NCBI GenBank assembly: GCA_963774265.1
Contig: CAVZDU010000001.1
Span: forward strand, 192,001-256,000
DNA from: an uncultured Chloroflexia bacterium
Lineage (GTDB): Bacteria; Chloroflexota; Anaerolineae; CG2-30-64-16
Length of the DNA: 64,000 nucleotides
Reading direction: 5' to 3'
Positions 56,254-64,000 of the stretch are shown piece by piece. Each line of letters opens with the position of its first letter. Within the stretch, counting starts at the first letter, position 1. The notes under the pieces are model-generated. The model was not told the origin of the DNA. It worked only from the letters and a program-made list of their open reading frames with translations, and did not search any database. The position numbers and the translations under genes were made by a program.

Positions 56254-56964
56254 ATGCCCCTCAACGAAGCCCTCACCGAATACTATCCCACCATCAAGGA
56301 ACTGCCCGAAGGCGAGCGGCCGCGCGAGCGGCTGGAGCACTACGGCCCATCCGCGCTCAGCAGTGCGGAGCTCATTGCGATCATCCTGCGGGTGGGCACG
56401 AAGGACGAGAACGTCATCCGGCTGGCCCAGCGGCTGCTGACGGGTTACGGCGGGCTGGCCGGGCTTGCCCAGGCGCCATTTGTGGAGCTGACCGAGATCA
56501 AGGGGCTCGGCCCCGCGAAGGCCACGCAATTGAAGGCGGCATTTGAGCTGGGCCGGCGCCTGCTGGTTGCCGCACCGCACGAGCGCCCCGTGGTCAAGTC
56601 GCCCGCGGACGCAGCCAACCTGCTCATGATGGAGATGGCCCCGCTGGAACAGGAACACCTGCGCACCGTGATCATGGACAGCAAGAACCATGTGCTGAAG
56701 ATCCACACGGTGTATGTCGGGTCATTGAACACGGCCGTGGTGCGCGTGGGCGAACTGTTCCGTGAAGCGATCCGCCTGAACGCGGCCGCACTGATCGTCG
56801 CCCATAACCACCCCTCCGGCGACCCGACCCCGTCACCCGAAGACGTGCACGTCACGCGCCAGATCGTGGAGGCGGGGAAGCTGCTCAACGTCGACGTGTT
56901 GGACCACCTCGTGATCGGCCAGCAGCGCTGGGTCAGCCTGAAGGAGCGCGGGCTGGGATTCTGA
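56254..56964 (+). CDS. radC: RadC (JAB domain) protein
   Basis: [35 protein letters not shown]. Confidence 0.95.
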   Translation: MPLNEALTEYYPTIKELPEGERPRERLEHYGPSALSSAELIAIILRVGTKDENVIRLAQRLLTGYGGLAGLAQAPFVELTEIKGLGPAKATQLKAAFELGRRLLVAAPHERPVVKSPADAANLLMMEMAPLEQEHLRTVIMDSKNHVLKIHTVYVGSLNTAVVRVGELFREAIRLNAAALIVAHNHPSGDPTPSPEDVHVTRQIVEAGKLLNVDVLDHLVIGQQRWVSLKERGLGF

Positions 56965-56972
56965 GGTAGTGT

Positions 56973-57767
56973 ATGACTGTTGTCGAAATACCCCCCGCCC
57001 TCGAGCTTGACCCTCAGGTCGAAGCGGAGGTCTCAGCACTGCTGTTTGAGCATTTCGCTCCCGGCTATGGCGCCGCTACGCCGGACCATATCGCCAACTT
57101 AATGGCCCACGATCACTATTCGGCCGGTTACTACTATCTGAAGTCGCTGGTCGGACCGGAGATCTTCAACGGCCAATCGCGTGTCCTTGTCTCCGGCTGT
57201 GCGGCAGGCGGCGAGATGATCGCGGCGCGGCAGTGGGGATTTGGCGAAGTATTTGGCGTAGAAGTAGACCCGATCTAGGTCACCGCATGCGAGAAGCGGA
57301 TGGCGGGCCTTCCAGGCATGCATGTCGCGTGCTACGAAGCTCTTCGTCTGCCGTATGAAGACGCGATGTTCGACGTCGTGAGTTCGATTCACGTCATCGA
57401 GCACGCCTGGGATCCGAAACTGTATCTCGCCGAACTGCTCCGGGTGCTTAGGCCGGGCGGGTACGTGGTCCTGGAGTACCCGACCCGCTATCACCGGGAG
57501 GAACTCCACACGAGATTACCCTCGCTGGAGTGGTTGCCTCGCCCCTTGCGCAACGCAGGATACCGTCTGCGTGCCAACCGGTTTTCCCGGATACCAGAGG
57601 AATCCAAACAACGCTATCGCAACATCTACGAAACGAATCTGCGCCAGATCAGCTATCCCGCGATCAGGTGGTGGGCAAGGACAAGCAGGTATCGCGCCGA
57701 GTTTCTGAACCTCACGAGAGTTTCGCCCGGCATCATTCGCCTGCTCATCCAGAGGAAGGCTGACTAG
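56973..57767 (+). pseudogene. Class I SAM methyltransferase with an in-frame TAG at 57276-78
   Basis: VLVSGCAAG..GVEVD then TAG; the same frame continues LPYEDAMFDVV..VIEH..RVLRPGG. Confidence 0.75.
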
Positions 57768-58062
57768 AAGTTTTCGGAAGCACGGTCGCGCCAAATGGAT
57801 GGATCAGATCCGAAATCGCTCGATCAGACCTACGAAGCCGTGTGGGAAACCTTTGTCTCAGCGGGCAGGATCGAGCTTGCGTCCGGCTCGCGCAAGCGTT
57901 CCCTCAATGTCGGGGAAGGAGAATCCCTCGGTGAAGCGCGCGTACACGCCGGCCAGGCTACCGAGGATGAAGACTGGCAGTTGGGCCAGACGGCGTGCCA
58001 CCCCTTTCGACGCATTTGTGGTATCATTTGTGATGTACTTTCACCGACTATAGGCAGGTCAA

Positions 58063-58221
58063 ATGCCTTATCGTTTCGAATGGAATGGTCGTAAGGCAAC
58101 TCTCAATATCGGAAAACACGGGGTTAGTTTTGACGAGGCCAGCACCGTGTTCGATGACCCGTTGGCAGCCATCTTTGACGATGAAGCGCACTCAACATAT
58201 GAAGACAGCCTCAACTCCTGA
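58063..58221 (+). pseudogene. Truncated BrnT-family toxin (52 aa)
   Basis: FEWNGRKATLNIGKHGVSFDEASTVFDDP..DEAHS; C-terminal half absent. Confidence 0.75.
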
Positions 58222-58481
58222 ATCCGAACAAGACGCAGTTGATGATCTGCGCCCAGAGTATAACTTCGACTACAGCAAGGCCCGTCCCAACCGATTTGCA
58301 GGGGAGGTTGATAAGAGCCAGGTGGTCGTAATGCTCGATCCGGATATTTCCGAGGTCTTTACGACCCCTGAATCGGTAAATGCCGTCCTGCCGCGCGCTC
58401 ATCAAAACCATGCCGACAACACAAGTTAAGCCCCGTCGCAAGACGTCATCAGAATCAGCGCGTAAACCGGCTTTTCGCTAG
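58199..58481 (+). CDS. BrnA-like antitoxin (1-bp indel near 58391)
   Basis: DDLRPEYNFDYSKARPNRFA..LDPD..F..VNAVL. Confidence 0.7.
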
Positions 58482-58633
58482 TGGATGGCAGTGGTGAGGT
58501 CGAAGTGGTGTTCGGTTGAGCACGCTGCACGAGTGCTCTTCTTTCCTCCTGCGTGAGTATCAGCTATTCCACGTCACTCCAGAACCTCGTAACAGTAAAT
58601 GGGTAAATGATTCCCCTTGTGAGGCTTTGAAGC

Positions 58634-59221
58634 ATGGGAGCAAACGTTTTCGCCACGATTGCGCCGTTCTACGGCCTGTTCTACGATCTTCAAAAGCGAA
58701 GTTTCGACGCAGTTCTGGACAGGGTGCAGGCCGATTTGGCGCTGTCCGCATACAAAAGCATCATCGATGTCGGGTGTGGGACCGGCGCGCTCTGCTCCGT
58801 GCTTAACCGGCGCGGGTTCATCGTCACGGGGGTGGATCCGGTGCAAGGCATGCTGAGCGTCGGCGCGCAGAAGCAGGAAAACCGGGGGATTGAATTCGTA
58901 CAGGCCAGCGCTACCGAACGAATGCCCTTCGAAGACAAGAGCTTTGATGTCGCGATTGCGTCCTATGTGGCCCACGGCTTGAAGGAGCCCGAAAGACGCC
59001 TGCTGTACGCGGAGATGAAACGGCTTTCGAAGCACCTCGTGGTCATCTACGACTACAACGGGAACCGATCAGCCTTGACGGACATCGTGGAATGGCTGGA
59101 GGGCGGCGACTATTTCAATTTCATCAAAAAGGTGAAGGGCGAGCTGGGGGAGGTGTTCGGCGAGGTCCGCACGATCGACGTGGACGTGCGCGCGACGTGG
59201 TATGTCTGTGCACCGGACTGA
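58634..59221 (+). CDS. Class I SAM-dependent methyltransferase
   Basis: IDVGCGTG, PFEDKSFD. Confidence 0.85.
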   Translation: MGANVFATIAPFYGLFYDLQKRSFDAVLDRVQADLALSAYKSIIDVGCGTGALCSVLNRRGFIVTGVDPVQGMLSVGAQKQENRGIEFVQASATERMPFEDKSFDVAIASYVAHGLKEPERRLLYAEMKRLSKHLVVIYDYNGNRSALTDIVEWLEGGDYFNFIKKVKGELGEVFGEVRTIDVDVRATWYVCAPD

Positions 59222-59269
59222 CGCGCAGCCCATCCAGCTCAAGTGCGTGACGTAGCAATATCTGAGTTC

Positions 59270-59989
59270 CTAAGCGTAGCCGCGCTGCCTGGCGGCCTCG
59301 AGGATCGCGGCCGTGGCCGTGGCGCCGATGCGGGTGACGCCCAGGCTGCGCACGCGCAACACATCGTCGAGCGTGCGGACGCCACCCGCGGCCTTGATCT
59401 GCACCTCGGCCGCGCTGTGCTGCCGCATGAGCTTCAGCACGTGATCCGTCGCACCCTGGTAGTTGTAGTCGCCGTTCGGCTTCTTGACGAAGCCGTAGCC
59501 GGTGGATGTCTTGACGAACGCCACGCGGTGCTCGGAGCAAATCTCACAGAGCCGGACAATGTGGCGATCCTCCAGGTAGTCCGTCTCGAAGATCACCTTG
59601 AGAATCGCCCTTTGCGTGAGCGCCGCGTGGTTGATGGCCTTGATCTCCTCCGATACATAGGCCCAGTCATCACCTAGCGCTTTCCCGATGTTGATGACCA
59701 TATCCACTTCGGTCGCGCCATCCGCGATGACGTGCAATGTCTCGGCGAACTTGATGCGTGGGTTGCTGTTTCCGTGAGGGAAGTCGATGACCGCGCAGAC
59801 GCCGACATCCGAACCCGCTAACAGGTCACGGGCCATCGACACCGCGTAGGGCTTGACGCAGACCGTGGCGACGCCATAGCGCCGCGCTAACTCACACCCC
59901 TCCCGGATGACCGCATCGGTCATCGTCGGGTGCAGGAGCGAGTGGTCGATCATCTTCGCCAGGCTGCGCAGCGTGATCGTATCTTCCAT
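59270..59989 (-). CDS. deoC: Deoxyribose-phosphate aldolase
   Basis: IDHSLL, EVDMVIN, KVIFET, FVKTSTG, KAAGGVR, RIG. Confidence 0.93.
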   Translation of the reverse strand: MEDTITLRSLAKMIDHSLLHPTMTDAVIREGCELARRYGVATVCVKPYAVSMARDLLAGSDVGVCAVIDFPHGNSNPRIKFAETLHVIADGATEVDMVINIGKALGDDWAYVSEEIKAINHAALTQRAILKVIFETDYLEDRHIVRLCEICSEHRVAFVKTSTGYGFVKKPNGDYNYQGATDHVLKLMRQHSAAEVQIKAAGGVRTLDDVLRVRSLGVTRIGATATAAILEAARQRGYA

Positions 59990-59995
59990 GGAAGC

Positions 59996-60697
59996 CTACG
60001 GGTTGTTCTTGGCCGCGACCTCGTCGAAGAGCGCTTCGAGCGCACGATACTCCGGGGTCTTGATGTTCTCGCCCTTGCCCCCGCCGCGCAGCCACTTCTT
60101 GACGCCCTTCGTATCCAGCACGGGCACGACCGGCTCGTTGATCTGGAGGTCCGCGCGCGGATCGATGAAGATGATCGCGGGCTGGGCGGTGACGGTGCTG
60201 TCGGGCAGCTTGCCCCGAATCCACTCGGTCAGCTTCGCCGCGTTGGCCTGGGCCTCCTGCGTGGGGTTGCCCATGCCCTCCTGGCTGAACGCCATCAGCA
60301 GGCGGCCCAGGCTGAACTTGCTCTTCCACTGCGCGCCGTTGACACTGATCTTGCCGGTCTGGTCGCGCGTGAGGAAGGTGTACAGCCCCTGGGGCGTGAG
60401 GAGCACGAACGGGGCCGGCAACGACCATGAGTAGAGGTGGTAGCGGTCGTCGAAGCCCTTCAGGCTCTCCTCGATGATCTGGTCGGGCCGGGGCGAGCGG
60501 CCATACCGGCGCAGGTTGTAGTTGCCGTACTGCGCGAGCGCGAAGCCCGCAATGAGGGCAAGCATCGAAACCCACACGAAGCGGGGCTGAAAAGATGCGA
60601 ACATGCCAAGCCCCAGGACGGCGATGCCGCCAAGGCTGGCATAGGTGCCGAGACGAGACCGGCGTTTGACGAGTTTGGTGTTGGTGGTGACGCGCAT
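59996..60697 (-). CDS. Two-TM protein with NERD-like soluble domain
   Basis: Two N-terminal helices; VLLTPQGL..GNP. Confidence 0.6.
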   Translation of the reverse strand: MRVTTNTKLVKRRSRLGTYASLGGIAVLGLGMFASFQPRFVWVSMLALIAGFALAQYGNYNLRRYGRSPRPDQIIEESLKGFDDRYHLYSWSLPAPFVLLTPQGLYTFLTRDQTGKISVNGAQWKSKFSLGRLLMAFSQEGMGNPTQEAQANAAKLTEWIRGKLPDSTVTAQPAIIFIDPRADLQINEPVVPVLDTKGVKKWLRGGGKGENIKTPEYRALEALFDEVAAKNNP

Positions 60698-60751
60698 ATG
60701 CTTCTTTCTATCGATTAATGGAAGATTGAAGATAGAAGATTGTGTAGATCC

Positions 60752-61784
60752 TCAATTGGAGATCGCCTCCTGGATGGCCTGCACCAGGTTCTGCTGCACG
60801 CTCTTTTCGGCCATGCGGATCATGCTCCGGATGGCTTTGACATCGCTGCGGCCGTGGCCGATGACGACAACGCCATTGACGCCCAACAACGGCGCGCCGC
60901 CGATCTCACGCCAGTCCATGCGCTGGCGCAGCTTCCTTGATGCCCGGCCAGAGCAGGGCCAGGCCGGGCAGCGCCAGGATCAGGCCCGGGATCATGAGCA
61001 ACAGGCCGAGCTTGTTGCGCAGGCCACCGGTGAACTGGCGCTTGAGGAATTTGAGCAGGAACGACACCACGCCTTCGGTCAGCTTGATGATCACGTTGCC
61101 GGTCAGCCCGTCCGTGACCACGACGTTGGCCTGCCCGCGGCCGATGTCCTTGCCCTCGACGTTGCCGACGAAGTTCAGGCCGCTGGCCTGCAGCAGCGGG
61201 TAGGTCTCGCGGATGAGCATGCTGCCCTTGTCGGCTTCTTCGCCGTTGGAGACGATGCCGACCTTGGGCTGCTCGATGCCGAACATGACCCGTGCGTAGG
61301 TGTGGCCCATGATCGCAAACTGCACCAGGTACTCCGGCTTGCAGTCGGCATTGGCGCCGATGTCGACGATCAGGCACGGCACGGGCGCGGCGGGGTAGAT
61401 GCTGCCGAGCGCCGGCCGCTCGACCCCGCGAATGCGGCCCAGCCCGAACAGCGCCGCGGCCATCACCGCGCCGGAATTGCCCGCGGAGGCGAAGGCGTGC
61501 GCCTCGACCTTCCTTCACCAGCCGCATGCCGACCATGAGGGAGGAGTCCTTCTTGGCCTTGACGGCCATGGTGTGCTCCGCCATCTCGACGACTTCGGAC
61601 GCGTGGACGATCTCGATGGGCAGGCTGGCGGTGTCGCCCTGCTTGGCGAGCTCAGCCCGCACCGACCTCCTCGATGCCGACCAGGATGATCTGCGGTCCC
61701 GCGCTCGCGCGCCTCAGCCACTGCGCCCGCCACGACCACACCCGGCGCGTGATCGCCGCCCATGGCATCCACGACGATCTTCAT
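60752..61784 (-). CDS. plsX: Phosphate acyltransferase (several apparent indels)
   Basis: VDAMGGDHAP, RPAL, DIGAN, NGEE..KG, FVGNVEG, DG.TGN, HGRS. Confidence 0.88.
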
Positions 61785-61785
61785 G

Positions 61786-62633
61786 CTATGCGTCCTCCAC
61801 CCGATGGCAGGCCAGACCGAGCAGGCCGGGGCCGCCCAGCGCGGCGAGCATGCCCAGGTCAAAGATGACGTGCTCTCTCACGTTGATGCCGCGCCCGCAC
61901 ACGCTCGAAGAACGCGGCGACCTCGTCGGGCACATTGCAGTGGCCCACGGCGACCCGGGCCGGCGCGCCACCGAGCGCAGTCGCCATCAGGTCGATCATA
62001 TACTCCTGGGCCCTGCGCTGGGTGCGCACCTGGGCCACCGGCTCCAGCCGGCCTTCCTGCGTCACCATGATCGGCTTGATGTTGAGCAGGTCTCCGACCG
62101 TCCCGCGGAACCGCGGCACGCGGCCGCTGGCGATGATGTATTTCAGGTTGGCCGGCGTGAACGCCATATGGACATCGTCCCGCATCGACTCCAACCGGGC
62201 GAGAATGGCCTCCACGGAGAAACCGTCGCGCACCATCTCGGCTGCAGCGATGGCCAGCCAGCCCGCGGCCATGGAAACGTGCAGCGCATCCCACACGTGC
62301 ACCGGCACGGCCGCGGATTCGGCCGCGAGCACCGCCCTGTCATAGGTTCCGCTGGCGCGGCTGGACACCGTCACCGCGATGATTTGCTCGGCGCCCTCAT
62401 CCGCAGCACGCTGGAAGGCCTCGGCAAACTGCTGGGGTGGCGGCTCCGCGGTCGTCGGCAGGCGGTCGGCGCTTGCCAGCCGGCGGTAGAACGTCTTCCA
62501 GCGAAAGCTCGACCTTGTAGAGGAAGCTCTCCTGCCCGAAATTGACGACTGCAGGCGCCTCAACGATATTGAGCCGCTGGAGGATTGCCTCGGGGATATT
62601 CGTGCTGGAGTCGGTTACGATGCGGACGCGCAT
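61786..62633 (-). CDS. DegV family fatty-acid-binding protein (apparent indels)
   Basis: IVTDSS, PTT, SS.ASGTY, SGR, LNIKPI. Confidence 0.85.
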
Positions 62634-62798
62634 GCTCGTCTTTCGCAGATCATTCTGCAGCGAAGTAGTCTCGAGAGTATACGACAGGTCACCCGCCTTG
62701 GCAAACGTCCTTCGGCTCGCTCTGAGAAAGCCAAAGCATCCTGAGCGGAACGCATTGCAGCATAAGACACAAAACCACCCGGTTTTCGAAACGATGAC

Positions 62799-62887
62799 TT
62801 GACAGCCGCCCGGCGCGGTGCTAAGATGCCCTGCGTCTGGGGAGAATCAAGACTTTTGTTTGACAAAGCTGGGAAAGGGGCTATAAT
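62799..62887 (+). promoter_or_regulatory. Tandem sigma70 promoters for the tRNA
   Basis: TTGACA(62799)-17-TAAGAT and TTGACA(62860)-16-TATAAT. Confidence 0.65.
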
Positions 62888-62901
62888 CTTTCCCACAAGA
62901 T

Positions 62902-62984
62902 GCCCCCGTGGTGGAATTGGTATACACGGCAGGTTGAGGGCCTGTGTCCATATGGACGTGCCCGTTCGAGTCGGGCCGGGGGCA
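62902..62984 (+). tRNA. tRNA-Leu(GAG); CCA not encoded
   Basis: GCCCCCG/CGGGGGC acceptor stem, anticodon loop TTGAGGG, long variable arm, TTCGAGT loop. Confidence 0.95.
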
Positions 62985-63267
62985 TCCGCAATACTCTTCT
63001 GAGTTCCCCCGACGCAGCGAATGCCGACCGGTTGTACGACAACCTGTCACATGATGAATCCACAGACGGCCTACCCGGGGTGCAGTGCGCCAGGGGGCCG
63101 CCTTTTTGTGTCCGGGCCGTACAGGGAGCCGCATCGTCGCAGCAGTCGCACCTCCCATTGCTCCGAAGAGGCTCCTCATAGGCGACTGGACCTGCGATCA
63201 GCCGGTTGCAGGGCCGCGGAGCATGAGCAACTTCCGTTCTCAGCGCACTTACAACGGGTGAGGCCAG

Positions 63268-64000
63268 ATGAAAGACCAGTTGTTACGGAAAATACAAGAG
63301 CGCAAGGCCGTGGTGGCCGTGGTGGGCCTGGGTTACGTGGGCCTGCCCCTGGCCGTCGCCTTTGCCGAGCAAGGTTTCCCGGTGGTCGGGATCGACGTGG
63401 ACCCGAACAAGATCGCCGCGCTGCAGCGCGGGGAATCCTACGTCCAGGACATCCCCTCGGAACGGCTCGCGGGCATCCTGCCGTCCTTCTCCACAACCAC
63501 GGACTACGCGGCCCTCGCCCACTGCGATGCAGCGATCATCTGCGTGCCGACGCCGCTGAACAAGACCCGCGACCCGGACGTGCGCTTCCTGATCGCCGCC
63601 GGCGAGTCGGCGGCCAGTACATCCACCCCGGCATGTTGGTCGTCCTCGAATCCACCACCTATCCCGGCACGACCGAAGAGCTGCTGCTGCCGATGCTGAC
63701 CGCGCCGGCCGTGCTGCAGCGCCTCGGCATCGACCGCTTCGAGGTGGGCCGGGATTTCTTCCTGGCCTTTTCGCCCGAGCGCATCGACCCCGGCCGCCAG
63801 GACTACACGGTGGAGAACACGCCCAAGGTCGTCGGCGGCGTGACGCCCGCGTGCCGCGAAGTTGCCGTCGGCCCTCTACGCTCAGGCCATCCAGCGCATC
63901 GTGCCGGTCTCCTCGACGCAGACGGCCGAGATGGTCAAGCTGCTGGAGAACACCTTCCGCGCCGTGAACATCGCGCTGGTCAACGAAATGGCGATCATGT
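63268..64000 (+). CDS. Nucleotide-sugar dehydrogenase (UDP-GlcNAc/GalNAc 6-dehydrogenase family); partial, with indels
   Basis: [46 protein letters not shown]. Confidence 0.9.

Noticed and set aside
62902-64000. tRNA as an integration site for an island or prophage
   Set aside because: No integrase or duplicated tRNA 3' end is seen in the window.

Overview
GC-rich bacterial chromosome segment, most likely Chloroflexota (Anaerolineae-like). This is inferred from Ala/Pro-tethered lipoproteins, a C-terminal 'IFLPLV' motif, a GAAC-N4-GTTC LexA-type box and the gene content. Many genes carry 1-bp indels, including rpsO, pnp and plsX, so most frameshifts are probably uncorrected long-read errors. 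Main contents, left to right: (1) a Liv-type ABC / Tm-1-like / TIM-barrel / GH3 cluster; (2) a ~1.8 kaa secreted DNRLRE-CARDB-FN3 protein split by an IS630; (3) a GNAT + GPH-MFS pair; (4) a four-gene redox operon (2x[4Fe-4S] ferredoxin, FAD/NAD(P)H oxidoreductase, putative di-heme-b membrane protein, 18-heme cytochrome c), which is the best candidate for an undescribed system; (5) a polar amino-acid ABC pair, IS1182, an AI-2E-HAD fusion, lepB, pnp and rpsO; (6) AAA-DUF4143 genes with palindromic promoters, rlmD and a PEP-synthetase-like ATP-grasp protein; (7) ComEC plus a separate MBL nuclease, dppA, a DNA MTase and a Grx-TrxR fusion; (8) a P1B-ATPase/CsoR pair with two operators and a TPP riboswitch-thiN-thiBPQ operon; (9) ssb-DUF3467-radC, a decayed BrnT/BrnA pair, deoC, plsX, degV, tRNA-Leu and a partial nucleotide-sugar dehydrogenase. 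Two GTAG-type REP palindromes are present. No CRISPR array or rRNA was seen. All calls come from reading motifs by eye; no searches were run.
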